This document shows positions 23,101 to 37,023 of a stretch of DNA of 64,000 nucleotides, one piece after another (the first letter of the stretch is position 1; each line of letters begins with the position of its first letter). The position numbers and the translations under genes are program-made. Location: positions 90,334,001-90,398,000 of the forward strand of contig CM060731.1 of the NCBI GenBank assembly GCA_030704615.1. The letters run 5' to 3'. The stretch comes from Takakia lepidozioides. Its lineage: Eukaryota > Plantae > Bryophyta. The notes under the pieces were generated by a model that had not been told where the DNA came from, did not search any database, and saw only the letters and a program-made list of their open reading frames with translations.

Positions 23101-26100
23101 TACAGCAGAAAGTACCTCGTCACATAGTCGCGTAGGCTCTCTGCTGCAGGAGAAATCTCCATCTTGAACTGATGTGCTTGTGTGTCCAACTGCTCTTGCG
23201 TATTTGTCGTCACCTGTGGAGATTCTCCATCAGATCGCATTGCTGAAAAAATACAATGAATCCACCCCCTACAAGAGTAGAAGCGCCAAACGAAGCGTGG
23301 GGAAGTACCTGAAACCACCATGTCATGCGGTTCATCCACATGTCGAATGTGGGGTCAGACAGTTTGTCCGGTTTGGGGAAGCTCCACATGTCCCTTGTAC
23401 TTTGGGAACCATTCCAGATTTGGAGCCACCGGGTCTGTCCAACCACCCAGCATATTCGTAAGCGCCAAACACCACAAAAACGAGTTGTTGCCACCACAAT
23501 TTGGTTAAGAATGTATCACCTTTTCTATTGCATCCACATAGGATGTGGCTAGACGATGGAGCTTCTCCAATGTCATCGTGGGCTTCAGAGCGCGGGAGTA
23601 GTGCTTCCCCACCTCCACCAAAAAGTCGGCACCAAGGGCGGGATCAGCTATGGCCACGTACTTTACCATCCGCGACTTGTACTTTATGCGGGCCCTCGCC
23701 TACGCAGCTTTGAGATACGATTCGAGTGCCGGGAGGGTTAGATTCTTCTCCTCTGACTCCATGTAGAACCTCCGCGCATGTGCCAAATCCTGCTGAATTT
23801 TTGTCTGTCAAGAATGCGCACATAAGATTAGAGATCCTGATCAACACTTTTTCTTCTATTGGGGGAGGAGAGACAGATTAGCTCAACAAAACAGTCAGGA
23901 GCTTTACTCGAAATATGTAGTCCACCATGGCGTCCATGTTCAGCCTATACCAGGTTCTGTTTGCCTTTGCCTCCAACTTGCGTAGGAGGTCGGCACTGAG
24001 CGAATTGGCAAACTCTTGCACCCCCTTCTTCCCGACATCCTTCACTCGGAAGAGCATATGGGACAAGTTGGTGGCAATGAAGGCATTCTCAGTCACCCTG
24101 CAATGCCACATTTCCATCAAACAATACTAAAATGGGAATCTTCAACAAATATGAGGATTCGCAATGAAATGACTTACAAATTTTGGGTCCAAAAGCAAGA
24201 GGCGTTGTAACTTACGAGTTGATGTCCGCCATTGCAGCTTTGAGAAGACTGCGATCTTTGGGCCCCACAACCTTCAGCACAACACACTCCACGGCGAAAT
24301 GCCAATCGAGGTCGTTGAGGTGGGCTTCGGCTATGTGCTCCATCCATGCCAGGAGGCGATGATTGCCGTCCCACACGTAAAACATCTTTCCGAACAAGTG
24401 CTGGAAAAGAGGATCAGTAGCAATCGATCTCTCGAACTCCTCATTTTGCCTTTGCCAATGGGGACCCCATTTGTCCACCTCATCGGAAGTGTGGGCACGG
24501 GAAGCTCCGTGGTCGTTCTCAATGGAAACGTAAAACGCGGCAGACCCCATTCGATATCCATCCCGGAAAGAGAATTTTAGCTTGTCGATATCGCCTGGGA
24601 GGGCAGGTCTCACCACCTGCAATGACACCAAGCGGCATAGGGGAATTCAAAGCTTGGCCGGGTACACCATGCCCCCCAGCACCCTGCCAATGTTGCTGTG
24701 GGTTGCCTCCAACATCTTGGCAGCGGCCAACTTCATATCCACCTCCGACATGACGTCTGCTGCAAAGGGGTTCTCCGGCAGCCCACCAGGACCGCCAAAT
24801 CCAGCCTGTATGCTGCGGGTTTGGGGCCTGGGGATGTCCGGGAGGATGTCATCTTGGTCAAAAAGCTCGGTGTCATCCTCCTCAACATGGTCAACCACCG
24901 GTGAAACCACCTCGAGCACTCTCCCCGTTTCCACTGCCCTCTCCCCGGCTTCACCTCGAACTTGCACAATCCGTGCTCTTTGTGGTGTTCTTTCCTCTCC
25001 TCCACTCTCCACCGTATGGGTAATTGTGGGGGCTGCTGTTGCCCGCGATGGTGTAACCGGTGTGTTACTGCCTCTTTGTGGTGTCTTGGAGGGATCCACC
25101 ATCTCTGTGCGTCCCTCGCTTACATGGGCATTTGTCATTTCGGCACCCCTGGCCTCTTTAGTGGCCTTTTCTCTTTCCTCCTGGCTAGCCTTCTGTCTCG
25201 CCTGTTCTTTTGCCCTTTCTTTTGCCCTCTCACGGGCTTTTTGTTTCTTACTAGGGCTAGCAGCAGGGGAGCCCTCCAGGACGACCACCTTTGATTGAGG
25301 AGAACTGACACCCTCGCACGCACTGCTCACTCCCCCCTCCGCAGCCCGTGACGGCTCTCTCGCCGGGGATTGCATGTGCTTGGCTTTCTTCTTTTTCTTT
25401 GCGTGGGCGGGCCCTACTGCATGTGCATCAACAACCTCCATTGCCGGATCTGCTGTCCTCACGTCCTCACGCCCTTCACCTGCCATGCCGCTTGCACCAA
25501 CCTCCCCAATGTCTATTCTGTTGTACTCTCGCTGCAGGTCCTCCCGTCCACCAACAAAATGTTTTAGTTTGCCCTCCCGTCCCAAGTTGGGCGATCCAAA
25601 CATGCGATGAGTTGGAGCTGTCGATGATACCACCAGCGTGCCAGGCTCGTCGTCACTCTGTCATTCCCAAAAATCGTGAGAACCAACATCGGAATGAAAA
25701 CCACCATCACAACGAGCAGCGCAACCACCATCGCAACAATCGTGGAACAACAATGAAAACAAATCCAACCAATGCCTAAGAATGACATGCACAAGCAGCC
25801 TTCTCAAGAGCTGTCGGCTTTGCACACGCATTGCAAACTATCTAAGGTTCACTCAACCGGTAACATGAAACACGATAAACAAATGAACACGAATTCCATA
25901 AGACGGGAAAACAGGGTGAAATGTTTTGAAGGCACTTCATCTGCTCAGACAATCTTCTCAACTCAGCATGGATTTCCTTAATTTTTAACCACTCTAACCT
26001 TGACCATTCTTCTCAACAACTCCTGCTTTTGCGATGCAACCATACGCTTCCAGCGATGCCAGGCTGAAGATGCGAAAACAAACCAAAAAACGAAGTAAAC

Positions 26101-26304
26101 AACAAAGCGAAAGCGAAAGCGGCTTGTCTGGGAGTACTCGGCTTCAGTTGGCGCGGGTTGTGAGCAAGACACTGGAATCTGCTGCTGGAGCTTAAGTTTG
26201 GCCATGCGAGAGGTTGGTTGTCGCCCGTAGTACAAAGCCCTCAACTTCCGCCGCGGTCTGGATGTGGGGTCTTTCTTAGGAGAGCCACGCCCTTCACGCG
26301 GCAT
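20183..26304 (-). pseudogene. ParB-MTase fusion gene, copy B
   Basis: Same exons as copy A: ParB in ORF 24212-24631, MTase in 20249-21200 (motif IV reads DILDG here). Confidence 0.75.
22035..22920. repeat. Intronic palindrome array, about 6 x 146 bp
   Basis: CTGGAAATT recurs at 22311, 22457, 22602, 22748 and 22894 (period 145-146). Confidence 0.95.
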
Positions 26305-26544
26305 AAGTCCCAGCAAAAGAAAAAAGATCTCAGTATTTTTGCGTACATGCCTTGAATAGAACTTCATCCAAGTTTAGCATCAGGTTTCCAAGACGTATCG
26401 AGGAAGCAAGCGCGGAATCCCTGTGTCACCAACCCGAATCAAAACCGACGGCGGAGGACATTTAATGCCCAACTACGCAATTAAATTTCGAATGAAGTAT
26501 GACGCAACGAAGCCCTCCCTGTCGGATGAAATATGACGCAATGA

Positions 26545-27970
26545 GGCCCAGAATTTCCATCGTAGAGGTAATTCGGAGCGTGGCAGGATGGAAATCCGGC
26601 GCCGAATTTCCATCCGCCAGGTAATTCGGAGCGCGGCGGGGTGGAAATTCGGCTTCGAATTTCCATCCTGCAGGTAATTCGGAGCGCGGCAGGATGGAAA
26701 TCCGGCGCCGAATTTCCATCCGCCAGGAAAGTCGGAGCGCCGAATTTCCGTCATGCAGGTAATTCGGAGAGTGGATGGATGGAAATCCGGCGCCGAATTT
26801 CCGTCCGCCAGGTAAGTCGAAGTGCTGAATTTCCATCCTGCAGGTAATTCGAAGCCCGGATGGATGGAATTCCGGCGCCGAATTTCTGTCATGCAGGTAA
26901 TTCGGAGCGCGGCCGGATGGAAATCCGGCGCCGGATTTCCATCAAGCAGGTAACTCGGAGCGCGGCCGGATGGAAATTCGGCGCCGAATGTCCATCCGCC
27001 AGGTAAGTCGAAGCGCCGAATTACCATCCTGCAGGTAATTCTGAGCGTGGCCGCTCGGTTTTTTGGTCTAAAAAGACATTAAACCTTTAGTTTTGTGGCT
27101 GAAGTCCACTTTTAGACACGTTTTTCAGGGAATTCTCGACTGCTAGAGAGAAATTCCTTGCTTCTTTTCCATCCCGCTTAGTTTCTACATGGAAATTTGT
27201 TGCCGAAATTCCATCTGGCCGCGATTGCGATTACATGCCGAATGGAAATTCGGCGCCGGTTTTCCATCCCCTCCGCCCGAGTCAACTTTATCCCGGCGCC
27301 CCCTGTTGGTTATTCGGTGCCAAATTTCCGTCCAGGGGTTGTAATGTGACGGCCAGGTGCCGGCCTCTCCCCCCGAGCCGACTGCATCCGAACGGCCCCG
27401 GATGGAAATTCGGCGCCGTTTTTCCATCCGGGGAGGTTTTTATGTCGGCCATTTTTCGGCCTGACCCCCCGACACGACTTCCTTTGGGGGGGCCCGGATG
27501 GAAATTTGGCGCTGAATTTCCATCCGGGGGATGTTCTCTGTCAGACAGGTGCCGGCCTCTCCGCCCGAGGCGACTTCATCCGGGCGGCCCCTGTTGGATA
27601 TTCGGTGCAGAATTCCCGTCCGGGGGTTGTAATGTGACGGCCAGGTGCCGACCTCTCCCCCCGAGCCGACTGCATCCGAACGGCCCCAGATGGAAATTCG
27701 GCGCCGTTTTTCCATCCGAGGAGGTTTTTATGTCGGCCAGTTTTCGGCCTGACCCCCGACACAACTTCCTTTGGGGGGGCCCGGATGGAAATTCGGCGCT
27801 GAATTTCCATCCGGGGGATGTTCTCTGTCGGACAGGTGCCGGCCTCTCCGCCCGAGTCGACTTCATCCGGGCAGCCCCTGTTGGATAATCGGTGCCGAAT
27901 TTCCATCCGGGGGTTGTAATGTGACGGCCCGGTGCCGGCTTCTCCCCTTCAGCCGACATCATCCGGGCGG
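26545..27970. repeat. Two palindrome arrays in the divergent promoter region (~50-bp units 26545-27050; ~96/288-bp units 27190-27970)
   Basis: GGATGGAAATYCGGCGCCGAATTTCCATCC with GCAGGTAATTCGGAGCGCGGC spacers; an AT-rich gap lies at 27060-27185. Confidence 0.9.
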
Positions 27971-28210
27971 CCCCCCACTTTCTGACTGCATACCGTTGGC
28001 AGTTATTGCGCAAAGACCAGGGGCCGCATTCCGGAGACAAGGTTCATTAACACTCTGACTGTGGATTTTTGAGATAGTTGGCTCCCTGGATTTGGATCAG
28101 GCTTCGTCGCTCGGACAAATCGGCACCGCATGCCTTCCCATCGGTGCATCCCCCTTCTACCAGGGAGCTTGCCCGCACGCCATCCTGGCAGTCTTGTGTG
28201 CACATCTCCC

Positions 28211-29980
28211 ATGGCGGAAAACCCGAGCGCTACAGTGTACTGCCCTCCTCACGAGCATAGAGCTTCATTTCCATGCAGAGGGGACATCTGCCGTGTGATG
28301 GAGAAATATCTGTGCGTTCGATACCACCTGAAACCGGGGTCGGTTTTTTTGGAGGAGGAAAGGAAGGACTCAAACGGCGTTGTTGTCGAGAGTATTGTTG
28401 TGCTCCACGATGATTTCGGCAATGGCAGGGAATGGCGAGTTCCACCATCGGACAACGTCATATACAGGGCTGTTGGGGACTTCATTTGCCCACCAAATGC
28501 ACCTTCTATCCTGGCGCCTTCCACGAAACAATCCGCGAATCAGAGAGTGGGTACCTCAAAGAGAGAAGTCCGCAACGAAGTAAATCCAGAGCCGAACCCA
28601 TCAATGAAGACGAGCGAGAACCGGGTTGTTCACAACTTGTCCGACTCCGACGAGGTCATGGAAGTTCCGAGATCGTCCTGGAGATCAGACAAGTCCTCAA
28701 TGGACGTCAGTGGACGAGGGAGTCATATTCCCAGCACGAGCACCGCAGTTCGATCCATTCTTGAAATTTTGCGAGGGCTTCACATGGAGGGACACCGCTC
28801 GGAGCTGGCCGGGCTGGACTACAGCAAGTTCGCAATTAAATCATTTACATGCCTTCCCACAGACGTCGTCGGTAATATCTTCTTTGAGTTTCCTCCTCGG
28901 ACGGACTACTCGAGGGCGTCCGGAATGTTGACAGATATGGATAGAAAACATGACGGTCATCCTGGTGCGTCACCAAAACCACCAGCATGAAGATGCTCGA
29001 TGGTGTGCGGGTGCGCTACGTTGTTTGTGCGGGCGCGTTGCGGTGTTTCTCCCCAACTTGCTTCCACTTTAAATCTAGAGGTCACAGGAACGAGACCGAT
29101 TGGACAGGCATAGCTCATCAACCATTTCGAGCTCAGGAGAAGGTTCCGAACTCCACATTTAAGTGTGCGCATTGCAAAGAACCACCACACTACATGTCTG
29201 TTTGTAATGCCAAGCAGTTCTATGTGTTGCACCGTTTCCCTGACCTCACCCGAGCTTGCATACACGTTGGTTCCCATTGTCACAAATTGGCGAGGGGGAA
29301 CTCGCGGGAGGCTGCCCACGAGGCAGAGCAGCTCGTTCAGGAGGAGGTTAAGTTGAGACCGGGTGCCAAACCCAAACAAATACAGCTCCAAGCCGCCCAT
29401 AAGATGGCATTGGCCAGAATTATGTCGGAAGACGGCTCCGATAGAGTTCCTCTCGATGACAAGGAAATGGAGGCATTGCTAGAGTCGGTGTCCCACGTCT
29501 GTTCACCGAATGTCCGAAACCACATTGTCTCATGCAAACAGAGAATTGGGCGTGGCTCGGATATGCACTCCATTCTGGAGGTGAACCGACAATGTGGATA
29601 TGACTACATTCATGGAAGTAGGTTTCCAGGACAAGGGACTGAGGTAGATCGTTGTTTTGTATTCAAAATGTCCACGTGTGGACCTGGCAGCGGCGTCGAA
29701 CTGGTCGACAGGATGACGAGTGGGGACTTGTCAAACAGTTGGGTCACGTTCGACCATATCAAGCGAATTACAAATCACCAGTGGGTGACAATGGGTGCAC
29801 ATGTCTACGACACCCACTGAAGGATGCTAATGACAATTGCTATTTGTGAGATGAAAGGAGAGGACACACAATCGGAGATGCTTCTTTGGCAGGGAATAAA
29901 CGAACAAATGGCCAAGGCGGGATTGCCCCCTCCCAATTTCCGTGGTTTCATGGCGGACAACGCACAAGCAAATTGGGCAA
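28211..29980 (+). pseudogene. MULE transposase copy B, 3'-truncated
   Basis: Same protein as copy A up to FMADNAQANWA; frameshift near 28960 and stop at 29818. Confidence 0.85.
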
Positions 29981-31752
29981 CCATGCACCTCTTTGCCCTT
30001 TTCCATGGCTGCAGGCTTGCACGCGCACTGCAAAGCACACAAACATGATGTGGTCGAGCTTCACCCCTTCCCCCATCATCTGCTTTCAGGTCTCCGAAGC
30101 CCCATCCCGCGCTCCTACTCTACACACCCTGCAAGCATCGCATTCCACGACACCACATCTCATTCAGCCATAGTGTTGAATACTCCCTTGGCATCCTCAA
30201 TGCTCCCACATTTGGCATACATGGCCACCAGAGCAATGTTCAGGATGACATCTGGTACAATTACAGATTTGATGATGTCACAGGGATCTCTTTGCCCTTT
30301 TCCAGGGCTGCCAGACGCACTGCAAACGCACACAAATGTTATGTGGGCGGTTTCACCCCTTCCCCCATCATTTGCTCATAGGTCTCCAAAGCCTCTATCC
30401 CGCACCCCTGCTGTGCATACCCTGCAAACATCACAATCCACGACACCGCATCTCGTTCAGCCATAGTATTCAGAATGACAGGTAATCTGACAGGCATTCA
30501 CCTTTTTGCATTCACCTTTTTGCCTCGGTTGTCCCACCATTGACTGGGGTCAGAAAAGTATTCATTCCACAGCTTCTCCTCATCTCTGTTACCTCTTTTA
30601 GGATACTTTCCTGTTGTCAATTGGGAGTATCATGTCAAAGTCACTCCAAACTATCAAAGATTCACTCAACCAACTAACTTGCAGAATTCAATATGGATAT
30701 TTAGGGCCGATTCTGATAAGAGGGAAAAACAGGGTGAAATGTGTTGAAGAAGGTGCCTTCATTAGCAACGCTTGATTTTATCAATTGTGCCGCTACTGCT
30801 GCAGCTTCCACTTGACCATCTATCCATGCAAGTTTCTTGTAGGTAATCATAGGTAATCTGGAAAACGGCTCCTAGCAAATCACCTTCATCTTCCCAGACA
30901 ATCTTCTCAGCTCAGCATGGATTTCCTTATTTCTGGGATGCAACTTGTCATCTACAACGAAGGTGTGCACCCTGTTGCAAACCTCAATGCAGCAGCGACC
31001 TGGCTCCTTTTCAACCCCTCTGACCTTCATCATTCTTCTCACCTTTACAGTATCAACCCACCTGCCAACTACAGCATAGATGTTTGATAGCAACATAAGT
31101 CGTGGCATCCTGTTCATTCCACTTGAGGATAGATGTTGCCGCACGTTCAGGTCCACTGCCTCATCCAGTTGTCCCGCACGTCCAAGAAGGTCCACCATGC
31201 AGCCAAAGTGCTATACTGTCGGAGTGACACCATGATCTTGAATCAAGGAATTGAAGTAGCGTCTTCCTTCATTCAGAAGGCCAGTGTGGCTGCATGCAGA
31301 GAGAACACAAACTGCTTCAAGCCGTTCTTTTGCATTCCTTCAAATAGTTGCAGGACCTCCCTATGACAACCATGCTGTGCATATCCTGCGATCATTGCAT
31401 TCCACGACACCACATCTCATTCAGCCATATTGTCGAACACTCCCTTTGCATCCTCCATGCACCCACATTTGGCATACATGTCCACCAAGGCAGTGTTCAG
31501 GATCACATTTGGTACAATTCCAGCTCTGACGATGTCGACATGCATCTCTTCACCCTTTTCCAGGGCTGCCAGGCTTGCACACGCACTGCAAACGCACACA
31601 AACGTGATGTGGTCGGGCTTCACCCCGTCGCACATCATTTGCTCATAGGTCTCCAAAGCCTCCATCCCACGTCCCTGCTGTGCATACCCTGCAAGCACCG
31701 CACTCCACGACACCACACCTCGTTCAACCATAGTGTCGAACACTCCCTTTGA
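29981..31752 (-). pseudogene. PLS-class PPR gene relics with E/E+ domain
   Basis: VVSWSAVLAGYAQQG..PDHITFVCVCSACA..NTALVDMYAKCG; MVDLLGRAGQLDEA; LLSNIYA..KEPGRCCIEV.NRVHTFVVDD.LHP..EIHAEL. Fragmented; no DYW domain seen. Confidence 0.9.
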
Positions 31753-32106
31753 CTTTGTAAATGAAGATAGGTCCCTTTGATGGGGCATGGATTGAAGTGG
31801 TTTCGCAGTCCTACTTGTTGTTTCCTCCTCACCATGTCCATCTTCTGCTTTGGGGCGGGGTCTAGGGCTGGCAAGGTTTTAGCAACCAGTGTCATGACTC
31901 TCTCTCTCCTCCTCTTTGTTCTGCCCAATCTGGGTGCAGGGTCTATGGCCACAAGGCTATCATGAGTACTTTCTCCCTCACACACACCTTAATATTGTCT
32001 GTCTCATTCCAGGAGTTTTGGGGTGCAATTCATTACACTGCAAAACAAAGTCTAATGCATCAAAATGCAATTGCAAATATCCATATGGTGGATTCCCTTT
32101 GCCCCA

Positions 32107-35049
32107 TCAATGATTTCTGGAATCCCGGCGGAGGAGTTTGTGTAGCTCGTTCACGCTCAACGGTGGTGCATGAATAAAGTCATCAATAGTCAAGTTCATC
32201 CTCAACCTCTTCATGTAAATGTAATACAGATGCTTGCACGGATAATACTTTGACCCCTTCTTTGCTTCCATCAATGAGAAGTCCGTACAATTGCAAGTCG
32301 GCTCCACTCCAATCGCAATTGTGTATACGTCGTCGCGTACAGCTGAGCCGGCCGTTGCCATCCGATAAACACGCCCAAGGCCGGGTGGGGGTACATCCAC
32401 GGAGCTCTGAATAGTGCAAGCCATCCCAAGAGCATTGGCAATGCGAGTCTCATTTAACTTGTTGGGAGGGTGTCGTCTCTTCACTCTTCCGAATCGCATT
32501 GTGGGATGTGCAGAATTGTCCAATCCGTCTCTACTAGACCGAGCAGTCTGCAATGGCTGGGTCTGAGGAACTGGAAACGACTGGGCCATCTCCTTCCAAG
32601 TGTTGGCCTCTTTGAAGCAATGGCGTGTCCCGAAGGCCCTCTTGCAAGGCTGCCGCCCATTTGCGAGGATTCTTCGATCTGGAGGCAGTCCGCATCAACA
32701 TTTCCTGCCTGTCCGGCCCCAAGCCCCACTGTTTCCCTTTCAAGAACTTGTTGTACCTGCATTGCTGCATAATTGACCTCACAATGTCCTCCGTTGTGGC
32801 AGTGAGGATGTCCACCAGATGCGCCGCAGAGGAGGCACGCCAGGAAGAATGTACTGATTCGGCCATGTTTATTGTCGGCATGTCGGTGTCGGAGTCCAGA
32901 CACATTTCCTGCACATGCACATGTTGAGGTTACAAACAAGTTACAAATAATGAGTAACATAATATTCAACGGGACGCAAATTCGTCCAACTCACCTTCCG
33001 CATATAGTCGCCAAACTGGAGAAAACGATAATGCCACCATGCTAGCCAACTGACCATTGCTCCCTTGTCTAATTTCTTTACAGCACCTGACGTTGTCCAC
33101 CAAGCCCGTATACATGCAAACTGTGTCTCTGCATCATCCAAGGTGGGAGCACGCTTCCACGCAAGACACATAGAATGGTGCTCCTCTTTGAAATCTGGCG
33201 CCACGAGCCGGGTTGTGTACTGCGACAAACTTTGCAGAAAATGGAACCCACAAGATCTCTCCTTGCCTTCCATCGGAACATTGGGGTCTTCCCCGTACAC
33301 CCTTCGGATGGCAGCCCAATTTGCTAGTGCGTTGTCCGCCATGAAACCACGGAAATTGGAAGGGGGCAATCCCGCCCTGGCCATCCGTTCGTTTATTCCC
33401 TGCCAAAGAAGCATCTCCGATTGTGTGTCCTCTCCTTTCATCTCACAAATAGCAATTGTCATTAGCATCCTGCAGTGGGTGTCGTAGACATGTGCAGCCA
33501 TTGTCACCCACTAGTGATTTGTAATTCGCTTGATATGGTCGAACATGACCCAACTGTCTGACAAGTCCCCACTCGTCATCCGGTCAACCAGTTTGACGCC
33601 GCTGCCAGGCCCACACGTGGACATTTTGAATACAAAACAACGATCTACCTCAGTCCCTTGTCCAGGAAACCTACTTCCATGAATGTAGTCATATCCACAT
33701 CGTCGCTTCACTTCCAGAATGGAGTGCATATCCGAGCCACGCCCAATTTTATGTTTTGCAGGAGACAATGTGGTTTCGGACATTCGGTGAACAGACGTGA
33801 GACACTGACTCCAGCAATGCCTCCATTTCCTTCTCATCGAGAGGAACTCTATCGGAGCCGTCTTCCAACATAATTCTGGCCAATGCCATCTTATGGGCGG
33901 CCTGCAGCTGTATCTGTTTGGGTTTGGCACCAGGTCTCAACTTAACCTCCTCCTGAACGAGCTGCTCTGCCTCGTGGGCAGCCTCCCGCGAGTTCCCCCT
34001 CGCCAATTTGTGACAATGGGAACCAACATGTATGCAAGCTCGTGTGAGGTCAGGGAAACGGTGCAACACATAGAACTGCTTGGCATTACAAACAGACATG
34101 CAATGTGATGGTTCTTTGCAATGCGCACACTTAAATGTGGAGTTTGAAACCTTCTCCTGAGCTCGAAATGGTTGATGAGCTGTGCCTGTCCAATCCGTCT
34201 CGTTCTTGTGACCTCTGGATTTAAAGTGGAAGCAAGTTGGGGAGAAACACCGCAACGCGCCCGCACAAACAACGTAGCGCACCCGCATACCATCGAGCAT
34301 CTTCATGCTGGTGGTTTTGGTGATGCACCAAGGATGACCGTCATGTCTCCTATCCATATCTGTCAACATTCCGGACGCCCTCGAATAGTCTATTCGAGGA
34401 GGGAACTCAAATAACATATTACCGTCGACGTCTGCGGGAAGACATGTAACGGATTTAATTGCAAACTTGCTGTTGTCCAGCCCAGCCAGCTCCGAGCGGT
34501 GTTCCTCCATGTGAAGCCCTCGCAGAATTTCAAGAATGGATCGAACTACTGTGTTCGTGCTAGGAATATGACTCCCTCGTCCGCTGATGTCCATTGAGGA
34601 CTTGCCTAATCTCCAGGATGATCTCGGAACTTCCATGACCTCGTCGGAGTCGGACAGGTTGTGAACAACCCGGTTCTCGCTCGTCTTCATTGATGGGTTC
34701 GGCTCTGGATTTACTTCGTTGCGGACTTCTCTCTTTGAGGTACCCACTCTCTGATTCGCGCATTTGGCGGGCAAATGAAGTCCCCAACAGCCTTGTATAT
34801 GACGTTGTCCGATGGTGGAACTCGCCATTCCCTGCTGTCGCCGAAATCATCGTGGAGCACAACAATACTTTTGACTACAACTTTGTTTGAATCCTTCCTT
34901 TCCTCCTCAAAAAATACCGACCCCAGTTTCAGGTGGTATCGAACGCAGAGATATTTCTCCATCACCCGGCAGATCTCCCCTCTGCACGGAAATGTAGCTC
35001 TATGCTCGTGAGGAGGGCAGTACACTATAGCGCTCGGGTTTTCTGCCAT
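32107..35049 (-). pseudogene. MULE transposase copy C (inverted, internal deletion near 32585)
   Basis: Same motifs as copy A; intact SWIM CNCTDF..PCKH; INMAESVHSSW. Homology to copy A spans about 31990-35282. Confidence 0.85.
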
Positions 35050-35630
35050 GGGAGATGTGCACACAAGACTGCCAGGACGGCGTTCGGACAAGCGCCCTGG
35101 GAGAAGGGGGGATGCAGCGAGGGGAAGGAATGCATGGCCGATTTTTGCAAGCGACGAAGCCTATTCACGAATCCGGGGAGCCCACTTTCCCAAAAATCCA
35201 CTGTCAGAGAGTTATGAACCTTGTCTGCGGAATGCAGCCCGTGTCCTTTGCGCAATAACTGCCAACGGTATTTAGTCAGAAGGTATATGACTTGTGCAGA
35301 TGCGCTACGCAAACCAATCATTACGACGTCTGACAAGAAGCGTGGGGGGGCGAGCGTGCAAGCACCTTCCCCATGGACAGAGGGAACTGACAGAGGTGGC
35401 ATTCCAGTGGGTCTGATTACAAGATTGAGTGCCAGACCCTGGCTGCCAAAAGTCAACATACAACAAAATGCAACATTGCGCAAAAAGTGGAACTTTGGTT
35501 CAAATGAGACATTGTTATTAATAATGAACTGTGACAAGTATGCATGCTCTCACAAGTCGAGGGAAGCCAAAAGTATGCATGCCATCCATGCTCAGGTAAG
35601 TTGGGAATTTTTTCCCGTGTTGCACTATCC

Positions 35631-36326
35631 TCACCAAGAAGCTGGAACCTCCATTGGCCTCTCAACAAGCTCATGACTGACAGGGTGTCGGTAGGTGAAG
35701 ACAATGGATGCAGCCCGTTCTGCTTTGGTGTAGTGGACAACGGTGTCATGTCCTCCGATATATGCACCATCGTAAATCGAGATCTTTGTTGTGGAGAGAC
35801 TGTGTCCATAGGACTCATCCTCGTAGCTTATGAGAATGTCCCCGTACACTGTTTGCGATGGAATCCTCTCTGGCATGTACGTACACCCAATGCAATCCTC
35901 GTAGGCCCACTGGCAGCACCTCCAATGATGTAGGAAGGCCGTGTGGCTTTTGGGGATGTTCCATGTAGGTGGATACTGCAGATCAACGATTCGCAGGCAC
36001 CAAAGCCGCGCAAGCTCGTCCCCGCGAGGCTGATCGTGGAAGCTAGGAAGGTACTCAAGAGCGGACAGGTGCACCCTCCTCTGCTGAGAGTGGTTTATCC
36101 AATCCTGCAGGTATATAAAATATCCCCTGACTTGGGCGAGAAGTCCCACGGGGTGCGATGCTTGTTTGGCAGTTGCTGGGATCCCGGCACGCCATCGAGG
36201 ACTACTGAAAGGGCTGCCAGGAAGCAGAGAGGGTGCACAGGGAAAGGGGAGTGTGGGGAAGATGAGGAGCTCGGAGCGAGGAAGTGTTGTTGATGTCTTG
36301 GTTTGAAATGCGTGGGTCACGAGCAA
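35631..36326 (-). CDS. Hypothetical ORF or exon of unknown family
   Basis: 231 open codons, aromatic-rich, abutting an LTR. Confidence 0.25.
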   Translation of the reverse strand: MLVTHAFQTKTSTTLPRSELLIFPTLPFPCAPSLLPGSPFSSPRWRAGIPATAKQASHPVGLLAQVRGYFIYLQDWINHSQQRRVHLSALEYLPSFHDQPRGDELARLWCLRIVDLQYPPTWNIPKSHTAFLHHWRCCQWAYEDCIGCTYMPERIPSQTVYGDILISYEDESYGHSLSTTKISIYDGAYIGGHDTVVHYTKAERAASIVFTYRHPVSHELVERPMEVPASW

Positions 36327-36336
36327 AGGTCGGGCA

Positions 36337-37023
36337 TGTCGCGCACCTCACTTCGGTAAGCTCCCCTTCAAGTCATAGTTACTCGCTTTGATGCGCGCGC
36401 CTAACTCCCTAACTGGCCGCCGGGCCAACTCGGAGCTTTGTCTGCTCACTGGGACATAACGGTCCCCCTTTACTCCTCCACAAGACCCTCTCCCAATTTG
36501 GGCCTAGTGGAAATTCCCTTTGGTCGATGGCAGTCCGGAATAGCTCCCCACACCTTGGTCGCTTTCCGGCTCGCACGCTTACTCACTAGTTTTTGGTCAC
36601 CAACGGGGTTGCACCGTTCTCGGGGTTACTACTCCCTATATATACTTCTGTGACTGTCCGCGGGGGTTTCGCAAACAACCATGCCATTTTATGGCGAACC
36701 ACCACGAAAACCCTCAATTCCCGGTGATGAGTCATGATGAGTATTGGCCCACTCACCACGGTCCCATTGGACCGTGATGAGTCCCAAGACTCCCCACGAC
36801 TCCCACCACAAGGTCTCCGCCCCCATGGTGAGTCCTATGCCACCCCCACTAAGTCCCACTAAGTCCCACTAAGCTACCACCACCCCTCGTGGAACCACCC
36901 CCACCGCAACCCGGTGCGCGAGGCTCCACCTAGTGAGCGCCTCCGCCTCCTTGAGTGCCTTGGGCACTCAAGGGTGCTTTAGCCACCGCATCTATTGTCG
37001 CCACTGCCCCCATCACAGGGGCA
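36337..37023 (-). mobile_element. Inverted chromovirus LTR lacking about 50 bp of its 5' end
   Basis: Begins TGTCGCGCACCTCACTTCGG, the reverse complement of the LTR 3' end. Confidence 0.9.

Larger units (their letters stand above)
20183..29980. mobile_element. MULE-like element copy B (both ends truncated)
   Basis: Colinear and highly similar to about 197-9480 of copy A. Confidence 0.9.

Noticed and set aside
30470-30872. DYW deaminase domain after E+
   Set aside because: No HSE/CxxC/DYW motifs are recognisable.
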